Below, in pieces: positions 39,201 to 51,259 of a stretch of DNA of 63,917 nt. Positions within the stretch are counted from its first letter, which is position 1. Every line of letters begins with the position of its first letter. Position numbers and translations under genes: made by a program. The DNA comes from Phoronis australis (taxonomy: Eukaryota; Animalia; Phoronida). Location: the NCBI GenBank assembly GCA_002633005.1, contig NMRA01000224.1, forward strand, positions 54,910-118,826. Direction: 5' to 3'. Below the pieces are notes generated by a model that worked only from the letters and a program-made list of their open reading frames with translations, was not told the origin of the DNA and made no database searches.

Positions 39201-41541
39201 GGATGGGAAATGTGTCATGTCATGGTTGGTTTTATGGAAAGTCTTAAACTTTACTGAAACAATAGGTGTTTGATGTTGACATCGGTGTTTAGTAATTTTT
39301 TCTTTTAAAAACCTCATTGCTGCTTGGTATAAGTAGTGTTACCATAAACTGATCTTATCAAATCTTGTGCCTTGAAACAATGCATTTCTTGCTCGAGATT
39401 GCTTCATAAACTTGGAGGAATTGACAATCTTGATTATTTTAATCAATAGGGAACAGGCTTTTAAAAACTCTGTGGTCAAACTCCAGATATTTTGATATTT
39501 TAACATTTCTCTTCTTAGACATGGCTGTACAGAATGTGATCGGGGACAGTTTCCGTGGTGCCACATGGGTTGCTATACACAACGGGGGAGGAGTTGGATG
39601 GTGAGGCTCTCAATGATAACATTCTTGTCAAGTCTTTAATCTTTGCTGCATATAAGTCTCTGAAGAAATTGTATAGCAATGCTCGATGGGTTGAGGATTG
39701 GCCATTTCTTCCTTTTCTTGGTGAACACATTGTGTGGTGGTAATTACAGTACCTATGTATAAAAACTTTGTCTCAAATTGTGTTTGCTTGCTGTTCACCT
39801 ATAGCAAGTAATTGTACTTTAATCTCTTTTATTTAAGTTGATAGAAGTTAGGACGCTGGGAAATCCATTAAATGTTAAAGGTTTGAAAATGATAAACAAG
39901 TAGTCTGAAATTCATGGCTTTAACTTTTCGTTGTTTTCGTGCTGCCGTGGTTTGTCGCATTTTTGTTCCAAGTGCATAGGCTGTCAGTAAATAATAGATG
40001 TTGAATCAAAGCATTAACTGAAATTATCTGCATCCTTATATTTACAGGGGTGAAGTGATCAACGGAGGATTTGGTCTTGTATTAGATGGATCAAATGAAT
40101 CTGGTGATCGGGCCAAACTCATGCTGCAGTGGGATGTCTCTAATGGGGTATGTGGTGAAATTGTGAAAATAAAGTTAAATCAATTTATCTACTAATAGTG
40201 GCTGGTCTTCAGAGTTATTAGTGTCAGATCTTGCAGGCATTTTTGTACGCGTATCTCAGAAAAATCAGTGGTAGAAGGTTTCAGGCAAATCCAGTTTCAT
40301 TTTAGACCAAAAGTTATTATAATGAGGGATAGCGACTTCGTGTTGTATTGTTTTTTTCATGGTTCGTACGAAACATTGATGGAAAATTCAAGGACATTTC
40401 AAGGACTTTTGGGGGTGGAACAAGGCATGATTAAAGCAAATTCCAGGACGTTTTAGTACAACTTTGGGTGTATTAACCAGGGCTTGGAATGACCAATGAC
40501 AAAAAACGCGGAAACTTCGAAACTTTTACGGCCCAAATCATACCCGATAACCAGCCTTGAAATGGTCAATGTGAACCTTTCCCCGAATCAGGAGGACTAA
40601 AAAAAAAAAAAAAAAACGTTACCACCATCAGTAGCATGCGTCTGCGTCCTTTTAGCTCGCTTGTCCACTCCCAGCCCTCACATTTTTGGCTGCAGAGCAG
40701 TAGTATTTGTCGCCGCGCTTAACAATAACACGAGACGCCATTGAAAATCCCACCACGCTGTCCGAGATGCCCCGGCAATGTTGACAATTTACGTTCCTCC
40801 GAAACATAAAGAGCAACTTCCGCTTTTCGAGGTGAACGTCGTCTGCAACGCCGCGGTAAGAAAGGAATTTGCCGCGGAAATTTTATATCAAATCCGATTT
40901 TTTTACGCGGAAATATTATAAAAAAAGCGGAAATCCGCGTTTCCGCAGAAAATTCCAAGCCCTGATTATTAAACACAACCCTCTTTCACAACTGGAAAAA
41001 TCTTTAAACGGGGAATGAAATTGGCAAACTAAATTTCATAAGTTTTAGTTGATACTTAAATGCGTAGAATATGTATCAAGATAAATGGCTACCATTCATG
41101 ATTTAAAAATAGATCTTTCAAGTATTTATTCAAGGCTAAAGCTGAAATTCAAGCCATGGCTTTTCATGGTCAGAATTTAATTCAACGCCAAAACTCTAAA
41201 TTCAAAGGCTTTTCAAGACTATAAAGCATGTCTTGTGTTGTACCTTAGTTTATCTACCTTTGTGCTAATTTGTAAGAAATGCACTATAAAGGCATTTTGT
41301 TACCCCTCTCCCAAATATGTTTTGATATTTCAGTCAATTGAGACAAAGATGGTCTTCTGTACTCATTTGTTGTATACATTAGCCAATAACATTTCAGGTC
41401 GCTCGCCGTTGCTGGTCTGGCAATGACAATGCTTACGAGGCCACCTGCAGGGCGATGAAACAAAACGACAAGCTGAAGGTGACCCTGCCATATTCAGTAG
41501 AGGACAGCACCTTATTGGATCATGCAGTGGACCAATCATAG
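24291..41541 (+). CDS. UROC1: Urocanate hydratase (histidine catabolism), 17 coding exons, ~678 aa
   Basis: join(24291..24416,25865..25995,26622..26775,27775..27903,29240..29301,29597..29663,30262..30405,30831..30982,31915..32023,32642..32712,33299..33396,34138..34335,36928..37097,38897..38996,39519..39600,40048..40147,41398..41541); all GT-AG and phase-consistent; motifs LCSGLP, YGHIYMYRF, ELVTYGGNG, YGQMTAGSYCYIGPQGIVHGT, SGLGGMSGAQ, SDQTSCHNP, RDHHDVSG, HNGGGVGWG. Confidence 0.96.
26432..26661 (+). repeat. 90-bp tandem triplication spanning the UROC1 exon 3 splice acceptor
   Basis: GATTG(T/C)AG|G(A/G)C(A/C)TACCCTAT.GAC.AGTACCCATGTG with the AG ending at 26441, 26531 and 26621. Confidence 0.9.
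28523..28759 (-). mobile_element. tRNA-derived SINE with 13-bp target-site duplication
   Basis: Minus strand GGAGGCAGTGTGGCCTGGTTG (A box)...GGGTTCGAGTCCC (B box); TGTGACTCCATTA duplicated at 28510-28522 and 28760-28772. Confidence 0.8.
30340..30742 (+). repeat. ~87-bp tandem repeat of the UROC1 exon 7 3' end plus splice donor (4 copies plus one degenerate)
   Basis: GTATGAGTGGGGCTCAGGCCAAGGCAG...TGAG|GTGAG with donors after 30405, 30491, 30579 and 30667. Confidence 0.92.
31268..31325 (+). mobile_element. SINE/tRNA-like fragment (B box only)
   Basis: GAAGGTCCTGGGTTCAAGTCCCGG T-arm-like motif without a complete cloverleaf. Confidence 0.45.
34453..36396. mobile_element. Internally deleted ISL2EU-like DNA transposon (SWIM ORF remnant on +, THAP remnant on -)
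   Basis: TIR TGACCTATCG.CAAG / CTTGACGATAGGTCA with AT flanks; + remnant YVHDMAIC...RSQ*KSEEP...ICSCKAG (34560-34785); - remnant MGKQC*YDVCSTDSRY...CPKPKNDIEKRKLWIKL...NKHKYI (36010-36232). Confidence 0.65.
35127..35342. mobile_element. MITE of the CAGTGGCGGAT family (related copies at ~24977-25090 and 57174-57331)
   Basis: CAGTGGCGGATCTAGG start shared by the copies; ...ATCCGCCTATG / GATCCGCCCCTG ends. Confidence 0.6.
37438..37944 (+). mobile_element. hAT-like MITE (CAGGGCTTGGAAT...ATTCCAAGCCCTG family), copy 1
   Basis: TIRs; AATAAA duplicated on both flanks; highly similar to the copies at 40478 and 54452. Confidence 0.85.
40478..40964 (-). mobile_element. hAT-like MITE, copy 2, nested in an older TTCAAGG-rich repeat (~40358-41230)
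   Basis: Reverse complement of the 37438/54452 element; same spurious ORF ([18 protein letters not shown]). Confidence 0.85.
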
Positions 41542-42878
41542 TGCACTTCCTGCACACAGGGACTACTTTCAGTTGATTTTTGTCATGCCTTCCCTATCAC
41601 TGTTCACTGCATATTATGTTGAAGATTCATTGAAAGTATTCCCCTTTCGGTTCTTTTGACTTACACTGCGCAACACCCAGTTTTTATGTTCAAACTACCA
41701 GTTAATAGGAATGGAAATGCCAGTATATGGGTGACCATAAGCTCTGCTAGGCAATTGTTCAACTCAATATCTCCTGCAGAAAAGAGACAATAATTGCCAT
41801 TGTTAATTTGCATGAGGCACAGTGATTCTCACAAAATGAAGTTTCGTCAATTATGGTTGTAACCCTGGAGGAACTGATTAAAACCAACTTTTTTGTTTGA
41901 AAATTTTCGCTTCGAATTAAGTATTATTTACGGAAGAGTAAGGGGGTCTGATGTCTTCCGTGGTTCAAATCTCGCTATGTTTGTGATAGATTGCAAAAAC
42001 TATGCAAAGCTTTAGTTGTACATTTTGACGATAGTACTTGTTGTTTCTTCATTCCAACATTGTGACTTACTTTTTGTTCTATATTAACAATAACTATAAA
42101 TTCCAGTCATAAGACGGTCCATGTAAAGAGTGCTTCCACCCTGTGTTTTAGTAACGACTTATTTTTGTTTAGGTGAACCATTTTTGTACCTAAGTCATGT
42201 ACGTGATGATTGTAATTTATACAAAATGATGCTACGATGGAGAAAAAGAGTTTGCGCTGTTTGTGTGATATGTGAAGCCAGTTTAGCATGTTTTGAATAT
42301 TAAATTGAATTCTAAATAACATTTTGTAATAAATTTCTCGCAATCCAACGTACTTGTATTCTCTGAGCAAATTCTTCCAAAATATGTTTCACATTTGACC
42401 TTGTAGGTACTGTACCATTCCCACAAGTCCATTTTGTGCACTCGGGCCTTCAGATAAGTTGCCTTCTCCGGTTGTTATGCGAGTTTAACAGGTATCCGTC
42501 TGCGTAACACAATATAGAAAGGTTACACATGATTGGTACAGAACACTTAGCCATGTTAACGGGCATAACACCACCCGACGTATACCTGGCCTCAGTTGTG
42601 TCACTTGAACAAAAGATAACGCAAGATACATATTAATACCCACAGTCAACTGCAACATTACCGAAGCTATGAAGTCAAAACAAATTGTAACTTGCATTTA
42701 GAAAGCACACTGAACCTATGTTCTGGTTTTGCACTATTTCAACAGCTAACACTTCCATAAACCCGGTTCACAATATTGTAGAAAACCTACACTAGCCATG
42801 GCTTATCTATGAGAGTTCACCTGCTACCTGGAAATGACGTTGTTAAGGCAGTTCAGTCATCACCAAACAGGTGTCCTA

Positions 42879-43124
42879 CAGGGCTTGGAATTTTCCTCTC
42901 TTAAAAGGATTTCCTCTTTTGGTTTCAATTTCCCATTTGATTTTCAGTTTCCTCCTTTTGTGTCCCTTTTTTATCATGATTTTGACTTTATTCTGACATG
43001 CAAAAACGTTTATTTCAGTTAAATTTTACAACAAAAAAGTATTTCTATCACACAAGCCTATATGTGGACACTACAGCACCTGGAAATTTTTCCTCATTTT
43101 TGTCAATAGTCATTCCACGCCCTG
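42879..43124 (+). mobile_element. Shorter MITE sharing the same TIRs with a different interior
   Basis: CAGGGCTTGGAATTTTCC...GTCATTCCACGCCCTG. Confidence 0.7.
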
Positions 43125-43572
43125 CCTCTTAAGCTCTGGCTTTCAATGAAATACACTATAGAAATAGGTTTCACTTTGAAACTGCACTTGCACAGTTTAT
43201 CTGGCAACATAACGGAAAATGAATGGAACAGCTCCAGCTCATAAATTGGTCTCGTAACATTCCTTACGGTGATAGGATTCCAGCATCAAAACCAATAGTA
43301 ACTCAACGAAAATTTTCAGAATTTATTTTGGTAGTCCAACACTGAAATAATGCACTGCTTGTGACTGGAGTTGCTAAAAAGAGAGATATACGTGTACTTT
43401 CCTGCAGTATTTCCAATAATGGTGATCACTCACAAAAGAGATAGTGACATCACCGGCTCCACTAGTGAGCATACATCACAGAGACTTCAGTAACCTAGCA
43501 CCCCTCAACAGGCTAGTAGAAAATAACCTGATAAAACACCCCCCCCCCCAATTCAGATCTGATCTTGAGCTA

Positions 43573-46500
43573 CTATCTTCCAGGAATGGTAGCTGACTTT
43601 TTGTAATTATCAAACAGTTCTAGATACTGATGTATAGTGTCTGACGGTGTGTATACATTGTCCATAACAGTCTTCAAGTGGTTACATGCACTGTTGACGC
43701 ACTGGCCAAGAAGGCCCTGTAGCAACTCCTTCAACAAACCCCAACACTCGGCTCCCACACAACACGGCAAGTACTCGGCCTGTAAACAAGTAAACAGGAT
43801 GATCAAAATCAGCTGAGAAGATTCATCCCAGTGTAATGTAAGTACTCCCGCTGATCAGTTTTAAGTTACAGTGTGTCAAAATACAATATCTCATCATTGA
43901 ATGCTTATTAAATCTAGAGTCTAATCCTTGGGCTTGAAAACTGACAAGCTTCAAGTAAACTTATACTCCAATAATCTGCTCATGAAGGAAACTTTTGATT
44001 TAGAACATTACAATTATAAATTGGTCTCAACTTGTTCCTTTCTCACCGGAAAAGCAATTTGTTGTGATTGCTGAAAGCTTGTTACTCCTTGAGACTTTGC
44101 TCGGCGCATAAAATGACACAGCGTGATGAGCCAACTTATAGAGCCTTGTTGAGTATACTACTAGCATCATTAGTAACAGCAAAAATTGCAAACCTCTATT
44201 AAAATTCCCTTGAAGGTAGACGTCTCTCCAGCAGTTACAGAGCCAACTTTTACAATGAAATCTCCAAGTTCATATCTCTGTCCTTTAGACTCGATATGGG
44301 CGCTCCGCCTCGGTGCGTAGAAGGGCCGTAATTTTGCCACAAGCAGATCAAACATGTTATCTGCCAGCAGGCACAGACCGCTATCTAGAATGGCGTAACA
44401 CGTGGCCGGTGTCTCAGAGTTGTGTAGTATGTTGAGCAGTTTACGTTGAGCTATAATAAAACAACATAAGGATTTTCAAAAAGTTAGAATGTTAGTGTAA
44501 ATACAGACTAATCATATTAGAACAAATTGAATATACTATTCACATGCTCATAACAATAAACCTACAAGCCACGAGTGCTGAATACAAAGTGGTTACAATT
44601 GATTGCAGTGAACATAGGTTCGATTGAGCACTAAATCAGAGGGTCAAAGATTAACTTTAACAACAAAATAAGAATGAATTAAGCTGCTGTCGTTCATTAA
44701 TCCAAAAATAACACTTATGAGCTCTATTCCGACCACAAGAAGTGACACAAGTGACTTGTCTTATTTCACAGCCTAGGTTTTTGTAAGAATCAAAAAATGA
44801 CACATTCGAAGTTTGCATCGTTTGAATTGCCAAATTCTAACTAAACGTATGTTACCTAAACAGTGGCCAAACTAGAAGAAAAGTCAGAGATTTTGTTGAA
44901 ACACAATTCTTGTACCACTGTTATTTGTCAGTTAACAAGAATGATTTGAACTCTGATCATGTTTTTGTTGAAAGCAATTCCACACCACTTCCTTTCAACC
45001 CATTCAAAGCTGAAAAATGTTGTTGTGAACTTGGTATTCTCTCGTTATGTGGCATCATGAGGTGCTGTCTTTGTTCGTCTGTATGTGTGCGTGCGTGCGT
45101 GTGTGTGTGTGTGAATGTACGCGTTGTTTTCGTGGTGAGCCTGAATATAAGTCACATGATTCTGGGAATGATTTTGAACGTTCTCTTGGGTGTGAGACCT
45201 CTGGTCAGGCAAGACGTACATTTTGGAGTGTCCTCGTTTGACTCAACTTGAGTGTCAATCCACGTGAAGTCTGACAGCTTTAAGTATGGAAAGTCTATCT
45301 CCTGAACTATCAGCTTACAAGCCAAGTTCACAAAAATGTTAATGATGGCAGATAAAGTGTACTGGAGAGGAGTATTCAACAAAAGATGGTATAAAATGTG
45401 CTTACCTGTTGGTACCTGTGATTGATAAGAGTCACAGTCAACAGTGAATGTTCCTGTCTTCCGGCCACCCAGCAATTCCAGTCTATTACAGATTTGTTCA
45501 ACAACTTGACCCCCGGTCTTTCCTTCTGGCACGGGCACATCAACTACACTGAAACACCAAGCTACAATTGTAACATTCATTCATATCTACTTGCAACTCG
45601 CAAGTTAGAATAACTTTTTAATCAAAATACTGAGGTCAGACCATTCTCTTGTACCAATAAAAGTACTCCCATTTAGGACTTCTAATAACATGGGGACAGG
45701 CACAATAAGGAAATTTCACAGAGACATAAAGAAACTCTTCTGATGTCTGAAATCTGGCATGAGCTGGGATTTGAACTACACCGTACTCCAGCTTTTGTAA
45801 CAAAGAAAAGAAAGATATCAATTTCTAAACTGTGCACATGCACCATTAGTGCAATTGTTTGATTTGATAAAGAAGATCTTTCAGGTGACAATTTCTGTGC
45901 TCGAAAGGTATTCACACTAACAGCAATATGACTGATGGTTTTGAGCTAGTGTGGGTCATAATTTGCTGAAAAGCCTACATACGAAAGCAAAGTCATACAT
46001 ACGAGCACTAAATCATACACACGAACAATTAATCGTTTGGCGTGAACATGGAATCCTGCTTAAGCTCATGATCGCGTACGCGTGAACTTGGAATTGAATA
46101 TTCATTCGGGCAATCAGGTGAAACTTGTTGTTCAGTTTAAACAATTTTTGTAATTATTGGTCTCATGGACACACAAATAGCAAAACTTGTGTCAAAGAAT
46201 TGGAGAAATATGTGAACGGTTAAATCAATTATTGTTTGGTTAATAAGATCACTAATAGTTGAAAAAATATTGGTTAAAATTTATTATCTTCTATATGTAA
46301 TTTTATTTAGTGCAGTGCAAATTTTTATCAACGTGAACGCGATTATTTGAGCAAAATTGTCAAGGTTGCTTGTGTATTCCAAGTTCACGCATACGCGATT
46401 TTGAGATTAAACAAGACTCATGCACAGCAACATTACTATGAGATTTTAGTGGATCGTCGTGCACATGATTTTTGTAATTGTTCGCATGCGAGATTTTTAG

Positions 46501-46858
46501 GTTCGTATGCATGATTCATAGGTTCGTATGCATGATTCAAAGATTTGTAGGAGGCTCGTGTGAACGGTTCTATGGGACCCCTGAGTACAGTAGCCTACTA
46601 CAGTACTCGGTACAGTCAGTAGGCTGTTGTAGGGCCAGCAGAGGCGATGGTCATTGCCCGACATTGCCTAGGCTGTAAGCCGGTATCGGCTACTCCCAGC
46701 GGCAGCGACAACTCACTGGCAAAATATACACCACAAAAGGGTCACAAACCCTACTCCAAAAGGAGGCTTGATGGAAAAATTAATGAAGTCTGACGAGAAA
46801 AAGTTCAGGAGATCAGTAAACAGGGTAAAAGGGTAAATACGAACCAAGCGACACCCAT
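43573..46858 (-). CDS. MED20: Mediator complex subunit 20, 4 coding exons, 206 aa
   Basis: complement(join(43573..43779,44194..44450,45406..45548,46845..46858)); MGVACVVDVPVPEGKT...GTFTVDCDSY...HNSETP...FDLLVAKL...DFIVKVGSVT...GILIEAEYLPC matches MED20; phases consistent. Confidence 0.93.
45973..46587. mobile_element. Degenerate inverted-repeat element in MED20 intron 1
   Basis: Subterminal CATACGA/CACACGA units mirrored by TTCGTATGCATGATT units; CGCGTGAACTTGGAAT / ATTCCAAGTTCACGC inverted pair. Confidence 0.5.
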
Positions 46859-46993
46859 TTCACACTGGATCGCTCGCTGCCACTTCGAATTACAGGAAGA
46901 CTACTAGTGTCATCTATTGATGGAAGTTGTAAAAAGAAAACCGCTAGGATCGCTGTCGTAAGCAGCACGCGTTACTCCGTCGCAAGTTTCACA
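46859..46993. promoter_or_regulatory. Bidirectional promoter shared by MED20 and SNRPF
   Basis: Divergent start codons at 46858 (-) and 46994 (+) are only 135 bp apart. Confidence 0.75.
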
Positions 46994-49900
46994 ATGGCGG
47001 TAAGTTCCTTGGTTGTTAAATATTCATTTAGATATAAAATTGGTCTCATTTTTTCACACACTGTGTCGTCTAGGGTCTTTTTGGGTGTTTCGAACCTGAC
47101 TACGTGTACATAATGTTTTATGATTTATGGCCAAGCTGGGATTCATTCGCTACTACCACTGCCCGGCCGGCTACCCGGTTCAGCGAACCAGCCAAGTAAT
47201 CCAGTCGGTCACTGGCAGTGTCTACCTTCCGATCCGTTTTAGTTGGGAATCTTTTCGTAGATAATTTACCAATCATTGAAAGAAATTTTAAAGATTAAAC
47301 TTATCTTACAGTCGTCATGTGTTCGTGGTAGAGTTTTGCACAAATTCTAAAAGTTCTCGAGCTACTGGTTAATATCTGAATCGCTGAATGAATTTTTGGC
47401 AGATTCTGCCTGACCTATTTATGTGACCCAGATAACAAAACTAAATAATTTTTTCATTAAAACGGAAACTTGATGTGGCGAATTCAGTAGTGATCAAGAG
47501 CATTTTGCACACTCTTTTGAATGTGAAACAATTTCAAAGAATTTCGATGTTAATGTAAACTATCGACATTGTTTACCGACTGGTGTGTCACTGTAAGGTG
47601 GGGGTCACTCTGCAGTGCAAGTGCTCAACTAGCTGACACAAAATGTTTTTTATCAATGTAGCACAACTATTTTAGCAAAAAAAACATAATATAAGTATTT
47701 GCTACAGTTTGATGTCCATGATTTTATAAATAACTACCTAGGAGGGATAATTTTAATTCAAAAAACTTCTGTTATAGTGATATTGGTGGGTCCCTGATTA
47801 AAAGTGATTTGAGAACCAGTTATTCCTGCTGAATAGCGCCATTCTGTGGGAATAACAGGCATTCAAATCACTTTTAACCCGGACCCACCTGATCGACTAT
47901 TACCATATCATGTTAAAACTCCCTTCTCAATCACTGTGTTACAAATAAGTTATGAATAAGCGGATCGTCACCATGACAACCCCACTAATGAGTAGTCCCA
48001 ACCCAACCTGTTGAGATGACACACTTGTTGTATAGGGAGGTGAAAAGTCCTTGAATAATTGCTTTAACATGGCGATAAACAGCCATTTTGTCAAAGAAAA
48101 CTAAACCTTTTATTTAGGCCGCTTGGCGCTACAAAATTGATGCCAAGTTGTTCCTTATTTAGATGAGAGGTGATTTTCTGTCTTGTAGACAACTGTTACA
48201 CAGTTATTGCTGTAGTCCATGTTCACCGAACAGAGCGACACGCCGTGACAAGTTTCCCTGTTATAGAGTCTTGTCTCAAACACCAAATAACTGTGTTCTT
48301 TCTAAGCCCAGATGTTATACTTAAGTTTACTAAAAGACTATTTTAAGACCAATCTGGTGACGGTAAGTGGTCCGTGTCAAAAATTGTTTTTGTGGTGGAA
48401 GGCAGGTTTTTAACTGCTTTATATAAGACGTGGCCTGAAAGACTTGATGTACGAGCAGGATTCTGTATGAACCATGGTGTATCGAAATTTTATGGAAAGG
48501 CAAGTCTGAACTCAAAACTTGCATTCACATTCTGATATTTTGATATTTAGTCTATGCCAATCAACCCCAAGCCATTCCTGAACGGACTCACAGGTAAACC
48601 AGTGATGGTGAAACTCAAGTGGGGAATGGAGTACAAAGGCTACCTCGTCTCTGTTGATGGCTACATGAACATACAGGTATCAGGGAATTGGCTACCCCAC
48701 ATTCTTACTTTGATCGTTCTATTGTTTACTTAACTTTGTGTTAGATAGTAAATAGCCAGTTTCCAATTTCCGTGTGCATAAGCTGTGCAAATTCAAATTC
48801 AAAATTTGGTCATTAACTCCTACAAAATGGAATCCGCAAATCTCAAGAGATATTAGACCGTATATGGTCAGTGACTTAACATAAAATATCAGTATAGCTT
48901 AAAAGTGTAATTTAATTCCATGTTTTACAACAAATCTGAATGTTAGGAAGTTATCCATCATTAGTTATGGTCTGTACTACGCAGCTCCATAACAATTCGT
49001 GAATTTTTGTTTTCTTTTTTGGCAAGGTTACCAGTATTTGATAAATAAATAGCAAAAAATCAAATTTTTCTATTTATTTTTATTTATTTTCTTACGAAAT
49101 TGCTGAAGAATTATCATAGAAGGTCAAGGTATCATTTGCCTACCTGAGTTTGTGCAGTTGTATACCGAATAGCCAAATGTAATGAGTTTTTAGCATTCTT
49201 GGTCAGCTTTTGTGGTTTATGCAGATGTGATTGTTCATCAGTTGTCTTTTTGTTTCAGCTGGCTAATACAGAAGAATATATCGACTCAGCACTCACAGGG
49301 AACTTAGGGGAAGTTTTAATCAGGTCTGCTAATTTTTAATGGCTTCACAGGGTTGAGAGCAACATGTAAATCAGCACTAGGAGGCGCTTGTGCAGTGGGA
49401 CATTCCACAAAAGGCCCACTGAATAAATCATTCAAACAGATTGTTCTTATTGAAACGTACTTTTTTCTTTGCCCCACTCTTCCTGAAATTATACTGAATT
49501 ATTTGCTTAGTTGAAAACTATAAAAATAAGAAGATAAATTATGTGTAACTATTTTTATGTCAACCATGACGCAGGTGCCAAATGTTCCTGTCAAAGAATG
49601 ATGGCCATGTAAAGTTGTTTGTTCATCTATGGTAAAGAATCATGGCCATGTAAAGTTGTTTGTTCATCTATGGTAAAGAATGATGGCCATATAAAGTTGT
49701 TTGTTCATCTATGGTAAAGAATGATGGCCATATAAAGTTGTTTGTTCATCTATGGTAAAAAATGATGGCCATGTAAAGTTGGTTGTTCATCTATGGTAAA
49801 GAATGATGGCCATGTAAAGTTTTTTGTTCATCTATGGTAAAACTTGCTTAAGTCGGACACGCACAAGTCAGGATTTTCACTTAAACAGAGTTCCGCAATA

Positions 49901-50242
49901 CATTTTTTTCAGCAATAATTAAATATAATGTGCCCATATTTTGAGAACCAGTTTGATGCCCGTTATTCAGTGGAGAAAGCTGGTTCTCAAAATTGGGGCA
50001 CATTATATCCAACCATTACCTGTTTGTTCTTGTTCAATTCGTGGGATAGAGATATTCTAATAAATCACACGAAGCCACGAATCTAACCCCCCCTCGTCAT
50101 CTTTTCCAAACCCCTTCCCTGCCTCGAGAAGATCATGTACAAGAAAGCTATAATATTATTTTGTCGTCGTTGCAGATGTAATAATGTGCTCTACATCCGT
50201 GGTGTTGATGAAGAGGATGAAGAAGGAGAAATGAGAGACTGA
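46994..50242 (+). CDS. SNRPF: Small nuclear ribonucleoprotein F (SmF), 87 aa
   Basis: join(46994..46999,48551..48676,49259..49323,50176..50242): [87 protein letters not shown]; not present in the ORF track. Confidence 0.96.
47774..47900. repeat. Palindromic MITE-like hairpin in SNRPF intron 1
   Basis: GGTGGGTCC..TTAAAAGTGATTTGA...TCAAATCACTTTTAA..GGACCCACC. Confidence 0.75.
49593..49838. repeat. 41-bp minisatellite x6
   Basis: AAAGAATGATGGCCATGTAAAGTTGTTTGTTCATCTATGGT units. Confidence 0.95.
49923..50008. repeat. Palindromic MITE-like hairpin in SNRPF intron 3
   Basis: ATATAATGTGCCC..TTTTGAGAACCAG...CTGGTTCTCAAAA..GGGCACATTATAT. Confidence 0.75.
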
Positions 50243-50476
50243 GCACTGTGTATTAGTAATCGACTTTCCACCAGTGAAGTGCGAGACTAAGCACTGTGTA
50301 TTAATACTGGACTTAGTGACTGAAATGAGCAGACTCCGAGAGCTGCCGTGGTGTGTAATGCTCCAGTACTGTCAGGCATTCTTTAGTTCTCATGAGTACC
50401 AATTTTTATATTTATCATCCATAACTTTTGTCTTGTTCCTTAGTTTTTGGAAATAAATGTACGTTTTTATTTGTTA

Positions 50477-50772
50477 TTGTGCATTTTTGGTCAATGTTAC
50501 CTGGGGTGTGCATTGTTGGTCAATGTTACATGTGGTGTGCATTTTTGGTCAATGTTACCTGGGGTGTGCATTTTTGGTCAATGTTACCTGGGGTGTGCAT
50601 TGTTGGTCAATGTTACATGTGGTGTGCATTTTTGGTCANNNNNNNNNNNNGGGTGTGCATTGTTGGTCAGTGTTACTGGGGTGTGCATTGTTGGTCAGTG
50701 TTACCTGGGTGTGCATTTTTGGTCAGTGTTACCTGGGTGTGCATTTTTGGTCAATGTTACCTGGGGTGTGCA
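50477..50772. repeat. ~29-bp minisatellite with an assembly gap
   Basis: GTGTGCATT(T/G)TTGGTCA(A/G)TGTTACCTGGG units; N run at 50639-50650. Confidence 0.92.
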
Positions 50773-51168
50773 AACAATGTGTCAAAAATCGCAATAGAAT
50801 CATTGTTTTAGCAGAGTTGCAAATATTTTGTTGAATGTGTGTCACCTACAGATGGACAGAACGAGGGAGCAGCTGATGTGCGATACACCCTCGCTGTTCT
50901 CCAGACATCTGGATGCTGATTGGTCAACACACATTCTACAAAATAGTCGTGACCATGAGTGATGTACGAAAACATTAAAAGATTTGAGTTCACACCGCAA
51001 ATGATGTGCATCCTGCACTAAGTGCCTGGTCAAAAATTTGACGAAGCAAGAATCATTAAAATAATTTATTATAAATCTTTGGTGGCCTACGCCCATCTAT
51101 CAACACAGATGACAAGAATTTTGCCCTTACATGCATTTGGGCATTTGACTACACATGCACTGGAAAGA

Positions 51169-51259
51169 AATCTACCTCCCTAAGCACTACAGTAATAAAT
51201 CTACCTCCCTAAGCACTACAGTAATGAATCTACCTCCCTAAGCACTACAGTAATAAATG
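51169..51259. repeat. 29-bp tandem repeat x3
   Basis: AATCTACCTCCCTAAGCACTACAGTAATA units. Confidence 0.92.

Noticed and set aside
50428-50834. Cys/Trp-rich repetitive ORFs in three frames
   Set aside because: Translation of a minisatellite downstream of the SNRPF stop
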